64,000 nucleotides of DNA from Thermodesulfobacteriota bacterium (lineage in GTDB: Bacteria; Desulfobacterota_D; UBA1144; Nemesobacterales; JAJCZQ01), in assembly GCA_965203965.1 (NCBI GenBank), contig CBDBDR010000017.1, positions 640,001-704,000 on the forward strand, written 5' to 3'. A program made the translations under genes and the position numbers. The notes beneath the pieces were generated by a model. That model saw only the letters and a list, made by a program, of their open reading frames with translations, did not search any database and was not told the DNA's origin. This document shows, piece by piece, positions 53,368 through 64,000 of the stretch (the first letter of the stretch is position 1; the number at the start of each line of letters is the position of its first letter).

Positions 53368-54290
53368 TTGACGTGCCTGATTATATTTTCCGATAAACTC
53401 ACTGATTTTACATCGTCATTCATCAATGTATCGGTCACATACGAGCGAACACCTAACCTGCTGATCCTCTCCTCCTCTTTACCTTCGGAATTATCCAGAA
53501 CCATCAAGTCCAGGAAATCTTTATAAAGATTGGCTATTTCATAAGAGGATACTTCAATACCGATCCCCTTCATCAACCTGTCCGTCGGACCTTTTACAGG
53601 TTTGCCTCCAACCAGAGGGCTGATCGCTACCACTTGCGCGTCACAACTTACCAGTGCCTTCCTAATTCCTTTTACCGCAAGTATAGGGCCAATACTTATT
53701 ACAGGGTTGCTGGGACACAGTATTACCAATTTGGAACGATAAATAGACTCAATAACACCCTTACACGGATGAGCCTTATCAATACCCTTGATCTTTATCC
53801 CAAAAACCGCAGGCTCCATGTTGTGTTTTATGTAGTATTCCTGAAAGTGCATATCACCTTGATCCGTTTCAATCCAAGTTTCAACGTCATCTTCGGTCAT
53901 TGGCAACAGAGTAGTTCCCTTTAATTCAAACAGTTCTGCGGTCCTTGCTGTGATCTGTCTTGTGGAATAGCCCCGGCTTAACAAACCTTTTTTGAACATC
54001 TGCACGGCTATATCTTTGTCTCCAAGCTGAAACCACGTTTCAAACCCTAATTCTGACAAATGTTGCAGGCAGTTGAAACTATCGTTTCTAAGCCCCCAAC
54101 CTTTTTCTTTATCAACTTTGTCCGAGAGCCTGTAGATCATTGTATCAACGTCGGGAGATATCCTAAAACCGTAGAGGTTGATGTCATCCCCGGTGTTTAT
54201 CACAACCGTAATATCCTTTGGTGAAACAACACCGGATAACCCTTTTATAAATTTTGATGCCCCTACCCCACCACCTAACGCAGTGATCAT
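53361..54290 (-). CDS. cofD: 2-phospho-L-lactate transferase (F420 biosynthesis)
   Basis: GGGVGASKF, NTGDD, SPDVDT, WFQLGDKD, HFQEY, PSNPVISIGPIL, KGPT. Confidence 0.92.
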   Translation of the reverse strand: MITALGGGVGASKFIKGLSGVVSPKDITVVINTGDDINLYGFRISPDVDTMIYRLSDKVDKEKGWGLRNDSFNCLQHLSELGFETWFQLGDKDIAVQMFKKGLLSRGYSTRQITARTAELFELKGTTLLPMTEDDVETWIETDQGDMHFQEYYIKHNMEPAVFGIKIKGIDKAHPCKGVIESIYRSKLVILCPSNPVISIGPILAVKGIRKALVSCDAQVVAISPLVGGKPVKGPTDRLMKGIGIEVSSYEIANLYKDFLDLMVLDNSEGKEEERISRLGVRSYVTDTLMNDDVKSVSLSENIIRHVNY

Positions 54291-54405
54291 TGTTTACACG
54301 GAAGTCAGAGATTTAAGGCGTGAAACCTACTTGTATAAAGAATTAAAGTAAAGTACCCTATGCAAGATTTGCTTGAAACTTTAAACCTTTAATATAAGTT
54401 TAGAA

Positions 54406-56010
54406 TTGATCATGAGTATCTCATTTTTCAGGGAAAGATACAAGTGGATGACGCGTGTCATTCTTATAATTATAGTCGTAAGTTTCATTTTCAGTTTTGG
54501 ATATTTTGGAGTTACGAACCTGCAAAACTCAAGTGTGCCCACTGGGACGGTTGCAAAAGTTAATGGGGAGAAAATATCACTGGCTCAATTTTATAATGCC
54601 AGACAAAGCCTTCATCAACAGCTAGGTGTCTTACGGAACAATTTGAACAGTGATCTGAGACAATTCATTAACGGCACCGCCATACAGCAGTTGGTGGAGA
54701 TCAAACTGCTTGCACAAAAAGCAAGGGAGCTCGGGTTTTATATTTCAGACGACGAGCTGAACAATGCAATAACAAATGACCCAAATCTTCAGTTTGACGG
54801 GAGATTCATAGGTGCCGAGGCATACAGAAGTTTTATAAGACAGAATTTGAACATCAGCGTGGGAGACTTTGAAGAATACTATAAAGAAGACCTTCTGAGG
54901 CAAAAAATAACAGAACTTATTAACAGATCGGTAAAAGTAACCGAAGATGAACTCTACAATATCTACAAAATTGAGAATGAAAAAACAAGCCTCTATTATG
55001 CTGAATTTAAAGCGGAAGACATTGCAAATCCAGATTCTGTATCCGATGACGAGATAAAAAACTATTACGTCAACAATCCGACCGAATTTCTAACGCTTGA
55101 GAAAAGAAAGATCAAATTTGCAAAAATCTCAAAAGATGCTTTTGCAAGCATCACAATAGTGAGCGACGGTGAGATTGGAGACTACTATAAATACTACAGT
55201 GATGAATTTAGGAACGATGACGGAAGCCTTAAAAGTTTGGATGACGTGAAGTCTAAAATAGCAGAAAAATTAAAAACCAAAAGAACTTATAAATACTATG
55301 AGGATTTTATGCGTTCAATTTCCGATGAAGAAGATCTTGAACAGATTGATCAAATACTAACTGAAAACTCACTTGGACAAAGCAAACAGTCTGAATTTTT
55401 TTCTCTGAATCAAAACACGGGAGAATTTCCCGACGAAGTTCACAAAAAAGTTTTCTCTATTGAGGTTGGTGATACATCTTATATCAAATCGGTAGAAGAG
55501 TTGTGGATATTTGAATTGACAGACGTTGAGCCACCAAAACAAATAATGCTTGAAGGATCGAGAGACCACATTATTGAGATACTGAGCATAAAAAAGGGAC
55601 GTGAGGCTGCAAAAATAGCGGCACAGGAAACATTGAACAAACTTACCAAATCCCAAATACCTCTCAAAAATGCAACTAAAAAACTTAAAATTAAAGTCAA
55701 TGAAACTGCTCCTTTCACAAGGGCAGACCCACCGAAAAATCTAGATATAAAAGATTTAACGTATGACGCTTTCCTCCTAAATAATTCAAACCCGACTGGA
55801 AAAAAGATCTATCGGAAAGGAAATTCCTACTTTATCATTTCCCTGAAAGAAAAATCCGAAATAGACACCGAAGAGTATGAAAGACAAAAGCCCGTAATAA
55901 GAATTCACCAGCTACAAAAACGGACTAATGAGATTCTTAATGATTGGCTCATTGATCTCAGAGAGAATTCCGAGGTAGTTATAAATCCAAACGTAATAAC
56001 CTCACAGTAA
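54406..56010 (+). CDS. PpiD/SurA-N-terminal-domain periplasmic chaperone
   Basis: N-terminal TM anchor, VAKVNGEKIS, ARELG..SDDEL, F..DGRF, EIKNYY..N..EF. Confidence 0.82.
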   Translation: MIMSISFFRERYKWMTRVILIIIVVSFIFSFGYFGVTNLQNSSVPTGTVAKVNGEKISLAQFYNARQSLHQQLGVLRNNLNSDLRQFINGTAIQQLVEIKLLAQKARELGFYISDDELNNAITNDPNLQFDGRFIGAEAYRSFIRQNLNISVGDFEEYYKEDLLRQKITELINRSVKVTEDELYNIYKIENEKTSLYYAEFKAEDIANPDSVSDDEIKNYYVNNPTEFLTLEKRKIKFAKISKDAFASITIVSDGEIGDYYKYYSDEFRNDDGSLKSLDDVKSKIAEKLKTKRTYKYYEDFMRSISDEEDLEQIDQILTENSLGQSKQSEFFSLNQNTGEFPDEVHKKVFSIEVGDTSYIKSVEELWIFELTDVEPPKQIMLEGSRDHIIEILSIKKGREAAKIAAQETLNKLTKSQIPLKNATKKLKIKVNETAPFTRADPPKNLDIKDLTYDAFLLNNSNPTGKKIYRKGNSYFIISLKEKSEIDTEEYERQKPVIRIHQLQKRTNEILNDWLIDLRENSEVVINPNVITSQ

Positions 56011-56190
56011 AATTCCTCTCTTCTAACGCAAGGCAAATGGGCAGCCTTTTTTTAGGGTGAACTAAACTCAAACTCTGAACTGCTGAGATATGCGATCATT
56101 GGAAGTAGGACTGATGACACCACTTCAGATGATCATGAGATTTGATCATTTACTGAACAGTAGCACACTCCGACATTACAAAGCAACCTG

Positions 56191-56334
56191 CTAATGGCCA
56201 AGAATTCCGTAGAAACGGACAAGATCTTCCAAACGTCTCACGTTCGCCGATTCATCTCTTTTGAATTCTTTCAGATGATGTCCTGCACACTCGGCGAGAA
56301 TCTATTCCAGATTATCTTCAAAATGTAACCTCAT
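56191..56334 (-). pseudogene. interrupted gene remnant coupled to the DUF262 gene
   Basis: ATG 4 nt after the DUF262 stop: MRLHFEDNLE*ILAECAGHHLKEFKRDES... Confidence 0.45.
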
Positions 56335-56338
56335 AATA

Positions 56339-58033
56339 CTAAGTACCCAGCATCCATTCTTTTTCGAACTTTTTCAGAAGATCACTCTGTCGCTTTTCCA
56401 AATCTTGTGGCGTCCATGTGTTTTCATTGAGCACTTGAGTCGTCAATACGTAGGATGAAACTCCTTCCTTGCCTGAGAAATAAGCGGACTTCTTCTCTTC
56501 AAAGTCATGGTTCTGCGCCTGCGCATTCCTACGTCGATTGAGAGGTACAAGGTTTGCTATCTTGTGAATCCAATCCTCTCTTACCTGCTCATCTGGCCAC
56601 CATGATGCCCACCCGCTATTATTATCATTCACCGTCTGCGGAAGTACATGCTCTATGGTCAAAACACTTGAATCATAGGAAGCCCCACCGTCTGCTAGGA
56701 ATGAATCAAGCCTAAGTATCACATAGTTTCGACGTATGGGCGTCAACTCGTAGATGTTGCCACCAAGTGCTTCTAACATCTTATTCTTTTCATCATCTGT
56801 TAGTTCTACAGCTTGAACTGACGATGAAAGATCATGCTCTCCTTCAACGGATTTTATCACATTGTTATATCGCTCAATACGTTTGTTGACATTTAGTGCG
56901 CAAACGTGCATGTATGCAGCCAGCCTTTCCAATCGTCTGAAAAACCAAGCAACGTCTTCTGGCTTGTCCTGATTTTTGGAAAGAAACAGTATAGCTACAG
57001 GCACCCAGTCTGAATTGTCTATTTGATTGAGCCATTTAAGATAAGTATTAACTTTTTCCTCTTTGGAAGTAGCCTTATAGTTAGCCCTTTTAATGGTGGC
57101 GAGGGCACTCGCAAATGGTTCCAAGATTCCAATAAGATCATCCGGTTCCATGTTGTTGGACAAGACATGCGAATCGAATTCTTCCAGTAGAGATTTCCTG
57201 GCCTTCTCCTTGGCGTAAATCATTCGTACATAGGTGAACAGGTCATTAAATCCCCCACGTCCCAGTTCAACTTCCATGTCTTCCCAACGCTTGTTATATC
57301 CATCTTGTTTAGCCGTAGGGATCTCACCGATGATAGACGCCTTAATGATGTCGGTTGCTTGAAGGTCTAATCCACGACTGTTCATTACAGAAAACACACG
57401 AAACGCCGATTCCTGATTAGGAGTTGATACAGCAACGAGAAAACATCGCTGCATAAGGAATTGAGAAAAATTCGTTATCTCACTCGCATCGTTGCTTAAT
57501 TTCTCTGATATTCGGTTAACAAAGAGCTGACTGTTCTTTTTGATATTGAGTTGCGACTCGTTCTCGAGGCTTTTGTCATCTTGTTTAGATAGTTCCTCAA
57601 ATTTCAACCCTTGAACGTACTTTGAAAAGAACGCTTTGTCGCGCTTGCGAAGCGCTAATCTGGGCTTGGCTTCAAGTTCTTCAATTTTGTTTCCGGGTTC
57701 TTTTATGTACTTGCATAACGTGTTCCGTAGATCATCGTCATCAACAACTGAAGCCAGTGTTGACAGTAATATCGTCAATGTCGTCAGTCTCTGTTGCCCG
57801 TCAATCACCTCGGCATAAGGTGCTGATTCCTGCTTAATGAGGACAATACTCCCAAGGAAATATACTTCCTCCAGATCCGATTTATAGAAATCGTACAAGT
57901 CATCAAATAATTCCGATGCTTCGTCTACTGTCCACGCATAGGGACGCTGGTATGACGGAATGAAATAATCAAAATCTGAACTGAATATTTTTGCCAAAGG
58001 GTACTCGGCACCACTAATCTTCTTATCATTCAT
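56339..58033 (-). CDS. DUF262 + DUF1524 (HNH) protein, GmrSD-like defence nuclease
   Basis: IPSYQRPYAW, VIDGQQRLTT, F..MNSRG; C-terminal IEHVLPQ..NLVPL..RN. Confidence 0.9.
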   Translation of the reverse strand: MNDKKISGAEYPLAKIFSSDFDYFIPSYQRPYAWTVDEASELFDDLYDFYKSDLEEVYFLGSIVLIKQESAPYAEVIDGQQRLTTLTILLSTLASVVDDDDLRNTLCKYIKEPGNKIEELEAKPRLALRKRDKAFFSKYVQGLKFEELSKQDDKSLENESQLNIKKNSQLFVNRISEKLSNDASEITNFSQFLMQRCFLVAVSTPNQESAFRVFSVMNSRGLDLQATDIIKASIIGEIPTAKQDGYNKRWEDMEVELGRGGFNDLFTYVRMIYAKEKARKSLLEEFDSHVLSNNMEPDDLIGILEPFASALATIKRANYKATSKEEKVNTYLKWLNQIDNSDWVPVAILFLSKNQDKPEDVAWFFRRLERLAAYMHVCALNVNKRIERYNNVIKSVEGEHDLSSSVQAVELTDDEKNKMLEALGGNIYELTPIRRNYVILRLDSFLADGGASYDSSVLTIEHVLPQTVNDNNSGWASWWPDEQVREDWIHKIANLVPLNRRRNAQAQNHDFEEKKSAYFSGKEGVSSYVLTTQVLNENTWTPQDLEKRQSDLLKKFEKEWMLGT

Positions 58034-58318
58034 GTTTGAATTCTCCCGAACGTTGCTTTCTTGTGATAATGTCCAAACCCAAGAGTATTATTCTTTAAAT
58101 GGACTGTCACGTCAATTCAACCCACAAGATAACGGACTGTCCAAAAAGGCATTAGTTTGAAACAGTATCCATGCGCATGCGGGACTTTCATCCAACGAGA
58201 ACCGGCAAATACAATCATGAAAGACCGCATAGTATAAAACTCCGTTGGCATTTGCCAGAAAATTGGGTTACAATTCTAATCTCATCCAAACCATCGTACT
58301 AAAATAAGAGGAAGGTCA

Positions 58319-58858
58319 ATGGAATCTGAAAAACTACTTCACTTTTGGTTTGATGAAACTCCCCTTGAGAAAATATTCAAAGAAGATCCACAGTTTGATA
58401 AAGAGATCAGGGATAAGTTCCTGACGTTGCACGAAGCAGCAATACGAGGCGAATTGGAACATTGGCGTGAACAAGCCAGAGGCAGACTGGCAGAAATTAT
58501 ATTATTAGATCAACTTTCCCGCAATATGTTCAGAAACACTCCCCAAGCCTTCGCCTATGACCCACTATCATTAATTTTATCTCAGGAAGCCATCCGGACT
58601 AAAGCAGGAGGACAACTCAGCACGGACGAAAAAGGGTTTTTGTATATGCCTTTCATGCATAGTGAATCCCGCCTCATTCATCAAAAGGCAGTGCAATTAT
58701 TCAGTCAGAAAGGCTTGGAAGGAGCTTTAAAGTGGGAAATAAAACATAAGAAAATCATTGATAGGTTTGGCAGGTACCCTCATCGCAACCTGATCTTAGG
58801 TAGAAAATCCACGCCGGAAGAGTTGGAGTTCTTAAAACAACCCGATTCTTCTTTTTAG
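58319..58858 (+). CDS. DUF924 family protein
   Basis: LHFWF, IILLDQLSRNMFR, YMPFMHSE, RFGRYPHRN..LGR.STPEE. Confidence 0.93.
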   Translation: MESEKLLHFWFDETPLEKIFKEDPQFDKEIRDKFLTLHEAAIRGELEHWREQARGRLAEIILLDQLSRNMFRNTPQAFAYDPLSLILSQEAIRTKAGGQLSTDEKGFLYMPFMHSESRLIHQKAVQLFSQKGLEGALKWEIKHKKIIDRFGRYPHRNLILGRKSTPEELEFLKQPDSSF

Positions 58859-58919
58859 CCTTGTTTGATCTTCTCTCCTAACTGCGGCTTTCACCATAAT
58901 AAAACGCAGGAAACTACCG

Positions 58920-59525
58920 TTATTCCTCTCTAAAGCCAATGAATCCGGGTTGAGCCTCTATTTTTTTACACCAGTTTTCAATGTTTGGATAATTGGAGAC
59001 GTCAAAACCACCTTCATCTGACAACATTATGTAGGGATAACAAGCAATATCGGCTACTGAATAATCATGAGCAAGAAAATCATTTTCCAACAGGTGATCA
59101 TTCATAATTTTTAGAGAGTTGTTTCCATTATCCTGTAACGTTCTCAAATACTTCGGGTCGTAATTACCCTCACCGAGAAACTTCAGAAAATACCTTGAAA
59201 CAGCAAGATACGGATCAACTGAAGTCTTTCCGAAAATAAGCCACTGTGATATTAAGCCGAATTTCAAAGTGTCATTTGAAAAATAATCGTTTGGAGAATA
59301 CTTATTTGCCAAATATAGCAATATGGCGTTGGATTCCCAAATAATTTGATCTTCATCAACTAGAACCGGTATTTTCTGATTTGGGTTTAGCTTTGAAAAA
59401 TCAGCACTTTTGTGATCACCTTTGAATATATCAACCGTTACTTTCTCATAACTAACACCCAAATGCGAGAACAATAACCTGACTTTGTAGCAATTACCCG
59501 AAAGTGGATGGTCATATAGCTTCAT
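58920..59525 (-). CDS. glutathione S-transferase family protein
   Basis: SGNCYKVRL, LNPNQKIPVL, ESNAIL, SVADIA; start ATG 59525 with GGAG RBS. Confidence 0.92.
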   Translation of the reverse strand: MKLYDHPLSGNCYKVRLLFSHLGVSYEKVTVDIFKGDHKSADFSKLNPNQKIPVLVDEDQIIWESNAILLYLANKYSPNDYFSNDTLKFGLISQWLIFGKTSVDPYLAVSRYFLKFLGEGNYDPKYLRTLQDNGNNSLKIMNDHLLENDFLAHDYSVADIACYPYIMLSDEGGFDVSNYPNIENWCKKIEAQPGFIGFREE

Positions 59526-59577
59526 GGTCAATCTCCAGTAAAAACATTTGTAAAAAAACTGCAAATATCAAACAAGT

Positions 59578-60072
59578 TTATTCCATAATATAGCTGAGGA
59601 ACTTGTCGTTAAAACTCCCCTCGCTAAAAACCTTGAACACGGTTCTTCTATTGGGGAGAAAGTAAACCACGTCAGCTTTTGTGAACACTTCAGAATTTTC
59701 ACCTATTATAACAGTATCCACCGTTACACTTCTTTTCTGTATCTCTCTGACCTTTGCTGTAATTTCCAACTCAACACCCATAGGCACGGGAGCCAGATAC
59801 TGAAGGTTGATCTTTGACGTAAGACCGAGTTTTTTGATCTTATCAAACATTGCCCAGTAAGCCACTTCATCAAGGATCGCACATTGAATTCCACCGTGCA
59901 GGATGCCGGGAAATCCATTAAAATGAACTTTGGGTTTTATCCTCGTAAAAACCTCGCCCTTTTCATCGTCTGCAAAGAATTTTAACTTTAATCCATGTGT
60001 ATTATTCGGATGGCAGGCAAAACAGTTATTGCCAGGAAAATCGGCAAAAGAATTTTCAATCTCCCTGATCAT
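59578..60072 (-). CDS. PaaI-family thioesterase
   Basis: [21 protein letters not shown]. Confidence 0.88.
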   Translation of the reverse strand: MIREIENSFADFPGNNCFACHPNNTHGLKLKFFADDEKGEVFTRIKPKVHFNGFPGILHGGIQCAILDEVAYWAMFDKIKKLGLTSKINLQYLAPVPMGVELEITAKVREIQKRSVTVDTVIIGENSEVFTKADVVYFLPNRRTVFKVFSEGSFNDKFLSYIME

Positions 60073-62510
60073 TGATCTTGATCTCTTTCCATCACTTTTG
60101 CGACTGCTGCAACTTTCTCATCATCTTTCAAGTCAATAAGTCTGAGCCCCTGCGAGACCCTGCCGTAGGTGCTTATCTCCGACACCTTCATCCTTATCAC
60201 CTTGCCAGCATGGGTTGTGATTATCATTACTTCCATATCGTTCGTAACTTGGAACGCACACACCACCTTACCGTTCTTATCCGTGGTTTTAATCGTCATA
60301 ACACCTTTTCCGCCCCGTCTGGTGATTCTGTAGTCCCCAGCGACCGTTCTCTTCCCATATCCCATATCAGTTACTGTCAAAACCTGTGCCTCGGCATTTT
60401 CTATGATCTCAAGACTTACCACCTCGTCGTCTTTATCCAGCCTTATCCCAATAACACCCATGGCGGTTCTACCCACTTCCCTTACGCCGTGCTCGTTAAA
60501 CCTCACGGCTTGTCCATTTCTGGAGGTTAGGAGAATGTCATTGTCCCCATTCGTCATTCTTACTCCTATAAGCTCATCCTGTTCTCTTATATTTATCGCG
60601 ATTATGCCACCTGTTCTAGGATGCGAATAAGCCATGAGTTTCGTCTTCTTAACAATTCCTCTCTTTGTTGCCATCACGATAAATTTTTCTTCTTCAAACT
60701 TTATTACTGGCAGCACCACCGCCACTTTTTCATTTTTTCCCAGATTGAGCAGATTTACCATTGCCTTGCCCCTTGTTGCCGGCCCCGATTCCGGTATCTC
60801 GTGCACCCTTAACCAATAGCATCTGCCATGATTAGAAAAGAACAGAACGTAATTATGCCTTGAGGCGGTGAACATATTTTCAACAAAATCTGAATCCTTC
60901 GTATTGATGCCGGTCCTACCTTTCCCACCTCTCCTCTGGCTTCTGTAAACGCTGAGTGGCGTTGTTTTTATGTATCCTTCATGCGTTATGGTAACAACTA
61001 CGTCCTCATCCGCTATCAGGTCTTCAACGGACATCTCCCCCACGTCCTCTATGATCTTGGTTCGGCGAACATCGGCAAACTGCTCTTTGATCTCCTTCAA
61101 TTCATCCATTGCAATATTCAATACCAACTTTTCATCACCAAGTATCTCTTTAAGCTCCCTGACAACTTTGATTATCTCTTCTCTCTCTTCAATTATTTTA
61201 TCTACTTCAAGAGCGGTCAATCTTTGCAACCTCATATCAAGAATTGCCTGTGCCTGCAGATCGGTCAGTGAAAGTTTTGAGATAAGTCCATCTTTTGCAA
61301 CTTTAGGACTTTCAGAACCTCTTATGAGACTGATAACCTCATCAAGGTTATCAAGAGCTATTTTTAACCCATCCAGAATGTGCAACCTTGCCTCTGCCTT
61401 TGCCAGATTGAACTGAGTTCTACGAGTAATTACCTCTTTCCTGTGCTCTATGAATTGTTTGATGGATTCTTTCAGTGACAACACTCTCGGTTGACTTCTG
61501 ACCAATGCTATCATTATCACGCCAAAGGTAGTGTCCATCGGAGTGTGTTTGTAAAGCTGGTTCAGAACGACTTCCGAATGCTCTCCTCGTTTTATCTCTA
61601 TCACGAGCCTGATACCATCCCTGTCGGATTCATCCCTTATATCCGAAACCCCCTTGATCTTTTCATCCTTGGCAAGCTCGGCTATTCTCTGGGCGAGTTT
61701 TGCTTTGTTTACCTGATATGGAAGTTCGGAAACTATTATTATCTCTCTATCTCCCTTCCTCTGCTTTTCTATTCTGGCTTTTGCTCTCATCCGCAGAATG
61801 CCTCTTCCAGTTTCATAAGCGGATATTATGGCTTCCCTGCCCAGTATAAAACCACCAGTAGGGAAATCCGGACCGGGGATATGCTCCATTAATCCACTAA
61901 CGGTAATTTCAGGGTTTTCTATCTGTGCTATAACCGCGTCAATCAACTCACCCAAATTATGAGGCGGGATATTAGTTGACATTCCAACTGCAATACCAGA
62001 AGCACCATTAAGCAGAAGGTTGGGCACTTTTGTCGGAAGCACAACGGGTTCTGATTCACTTTCATCATAGTTTGGGACAAAGTCCACCGTTTCTTTGTCA
62101 AGGTCTTCAAGCATTTGCCCGGCGACCTTTGCCAGCCTTACTTCCGTATATCTCATGGCGGCAGCAGAATCCCCGTCAATTGACCCGAAGTTACCCTGAC
62201 CATCAACCAGCATAGTCCGCATTGAAAATTCTTGTGCCATTCGGACAAGTGTGTCATAAATTGCCGCGTCACCATGCGGATGGTATTTACCCATCACGTC
62301 CCCTACTATTCTTGCCGATTTTTTATAAGGCTTGTTCCATGCGTTGCCGACTTCGTGCATACCGTATAAGATCCTACGATGGACAGGTTTCAAGCCATCC
62401 CTCACGTCTGGCAAGGCTCTGCCAACGATTACACTCATTGAATAACTGAGATAAGAATCTTTCATCTCATCTTCAATATTTATGGGAAGGATCTGCGGGT
62501 CTGTTGACAT
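60069..62510 (-). CDS. gyrA: DNA gyrase subunit A
   Basis: [27 protein letters not shown], GyrA-box QRRGGKG. Confidence 0.98.
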   Translation of the reverse strand: MSTDPQILPINIEDEMKDSYLSYSMSVIVGRALPDVRDGLKPVHRRILYGMHEVGNAWNKPYKKSARIVGDVMGKYHPHGDAAIYDTLVRMAQEFSMRTMLVDGQGNFGSIDGDSAAAMRYTEVRLAKVAGQMLEDLDKETVDFVPNYDESESEPVVLPTKVPNLLLNGASGIAVGMSTNIPPHNLGELIDAVIAQIENPEITVSGLMEHIPGPDFPTGGFILGREAIISAYETGRGILRMRAKARIEKQRKGDREIIIVSELPYQVNKAKLAQRIAELAKDEKIKGVSDIRDESDRDGIRLVIEIKRGEHSEVVLNQLYKHTPMDTTFGVIMIALVRSQPRVLSLKESIKQFIEHRKEVITRRTQFNLAKAEARLHILDGLKIALDNLDEVISLIRGSESPKVAKDGLISKLSLTDLQAQAILDMRLQRLTALEVDKIIEEREEIIKVVRELKEILGDEKLVLNIAMDELKEIKEQFADVRRTKIIEDVGEMSVEDLIADEDVVVTITHEGYIKTTPLSVYRSQRRGGKGRTGINTKDSDFVENMFTASRHNYVLFFSNHGRCYWLRVHEIPESGPATRGKAMVNLLNLGKNEKVAVVLPVIKFEEEKFIVMATKRGIVKKTKLMAYSHPRTGGIIAINIREQDELIGVRMTNGDNDILLTSRNGQAVRFNEHGVREVGRTAMGVIGIRLDKDDEVVSLEIIENAEAQVLTVTDMGYGKRTVAGDYRITRRGGKGVMTIKTTDKNGKVVCAFQVTNDMEVMIITTHAGKVIRMKVSEISTYGRVSQGLRLIDLKDDEKVAAVAKVMERDQDQ

Positions 62511-62653
62511 TAGATATTAAACCTCCGGAATTTTTAATATGGGGTCAATAAACTGGTATAGTTTATTGGTTTATAAGTGATATTTCAATTGTTTGTATCT
62601 GCTCAACTTACAAAAGACCTGAATACGTATTGCTTCCTTAAATTAGCAAAATA

Positions 62654-64000
62654 TCATTCATAAGGAGCAAGCAACTCATTCATCTCACTCTTCCAGCTAT
62701 TTTCAAGCATTATACTGAAAGTCGCTGGAGTCTCACCGACCGTTCTCATTTTGCCTCTTTCAAGAGCAGTGCTGTATGTGTCTTCAAGGGTTTTAAGCAG
62801 ATCTTTTTTGTAACTCGTATCTTCATTGCCTTTGAGATGAATACCTTTTGTTTCCAAGATCAGCAATTTTCCGTCTTTTTTACACGCAACGAAATCAGGA
62901 TATACCCTGTGGCGTCTCCACCCCTGAATTGCGTATTCTTGCCTCGCGGCTATCCTGTGCCACCAATATATTGAGTCGCTACTGTCCAGAAAAAGTGCGA
63001 AGTTTTTCTCAAGTTTATTGAAATCACTTTCAAAAACACTATCAAATAAACTCTGCTGAACAGGCTTGCCTTGTCTGGAAAGAGGTTTTTCATCATCAGA
63101 AACTGATACTTCAAGTGTTTTCTGAAATTCGTAGTTCAATTTCTCATCAGTTACGAGATGGAATCTGATTTCATCTTTGCCGACTTTATCCCTGAAAACT
63201 TCCTCTGCTTTTTCGTCCACTTCATCTTTAACTCTTTGCCTCAAAACTTCCGAAAGATAAATGCGGTTTTTCAGAAGTTTGGAATCATCTTTTTCATGCT
63301 TCTTGAGAAAATTCTCCGCTATACGCGCCGCCTGCCAGGGATTGGGAACCGTATCAATCAAGCGATGAATAAAATAATCCAGCGTCAAACTCTCTCCGGT
63401 GTCAATTTCTGATTCTGAACTTTCGCTTTCTCCCTGAATATCAACTGTGGATCTTATCTCTGCAATAATCGCACTGTCATCAAGTTTGACAGGCTCGCCC
63501 GCGTTAATGCTTTCCCAACTCAAAGCCCCAAGTATGTCGCGATCGTAGTCAATCGGGCGCCATTTAGACCTGTCTTTATGCAATACTTGAGGAAGGAAAA
63601 TGTCTAATTTTTTGTAGGGATTGCGCCGCTTAATTGTTTGAGTTGTAACGCCAACCCCGCTTCCACCGTCAACAGCGGAACTCCCAAGTCCCGTAAGCCC
63701 TTCATTTTCCAGTCCACCTTTTACCCATTCAACAACATCCCCCACATCTTTGTTGTAACAATAAACATAGCACTTGTTGAGCAAGTCGCTTTTATCAATC
63801 ATTCTCGCGTGTGGTTGACGCATAATTCGCCCAACCATCTGTGTAATGGCAGTTTTTGCCTTTGTGTTATCAAGCAATGCCAAAACATAAGCAAATGAAC
63901 AGTCCCACCCCTCTTTGAGTGCGTCTTTTGTGATAATCCAGCGGACAGGGCTTTGTTCACTCAGTAAATCCTCTCCCGCAAGTTCCTTTTGTTCGGATGA
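62654..64000 (-). CDS. Type III restriction Res-subunit-like helicase-nuclease (C-terminal part; extends past window end)
   Basis: Frame is open to 64000 (…VRWIITKDALKEGWDCSFAYVL…); helicase motif VI QMVGRIMRQP; PD-(D/E)xK YPDF..LETKG. Confidence 0.85.
   Translation of the reverse strand, partial: SSEQKELAGEDLLSEQSPVRWIITKDALKEGWDCSFAYVLALLDNTKAKTAITQMVGRIMRQPHARMIDKSDLLNKCYVYCYNKDVGDVVEWVKGGLENEGLTGLGSSAVDGGSGVGVTTQTIKRRNPYKKLDIFLPQVLHKDRSKWRPIDYDRDILGALSWESINAGEPVKLDDSAIIAEIRSTVDIQGESESSESEIDTGESLTLDYFIHRLIDTVPNPWQAARIAENFLKKHEKDDSKLLKNRIYLSEVLRQRVKDEVDEKAEEVFRDKVGKDEIRFHLVTDEKLNYEFQKTLEVSVSDDEKPLSRQGKPVQQSLFDSVFESDFNKLEKNFALFLDSSDSIYWWHRIAARQEYAIQGWRRHRVYPDFVACKKDGKLLILETKGIHLKGNEDTSYKKDLLKTLEDTYSTALERGKMRTVGETPATFSIMLENSWKSEMNELLAPYE

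Noticed and set aside
58101..58141. GGACTGTC direct repeat resembling IS ends
   Set aside because: It is only 8 bp, with no matching inverted partner found and no transposase remnant recognised.

Overview
This is an AT-rich, densely packed bacterial chromosome segment. Gene order (pgpA-cinA-recA-pilT, ilvBN-ilvC-psd-pssA) is Deltaproteobacteria-like. The 16S, cofD, the LLM oxidoreductases and the ankyrin arrays fit Ca. Dadabacteria / Desulfobacterota_D, possibly host (sponge) associated; this is inference, not verified. RNA genes: a minus-strand rRNA operon (16S, tRNA-Ile, tRNA-Ala, partial 23S) and five further tRNAs. Housekeeping genes: lolA, ftsK, purSQ, parAB, recA, tsaB, ilvBNC, psd, pssA, tig-clpPX, clpS, gyrA. 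Also present: a TusA-CysM-JAB sulfur-relay cluster, an orphan nuoN, a cobalamin riboswitch with a BtuB-like receptor, F420-linked genes, and three defence-type inserts (orphan DNA methyltransferase, GmrSD-like DUF262/DUF1524 gene, partial Type III Res-like gene). The most unusual region is 26.8-31.7 kb, with two diverged tandem cassettes. Each cassette reads [rtcB-like 3' remnant]-[20-21-repeat ankyrin gene]-[dead upstream ankyrin repeat]-[3' end of the neighbouring methyltransferase]. The first 8 repeats are conserved between the copies. The distal repeats are shuffled from sub-repeat modules and vary mainly at target-binding positions, like a natural DARPin-type library. All calls are by-eye motif recognition; no database searches were run.
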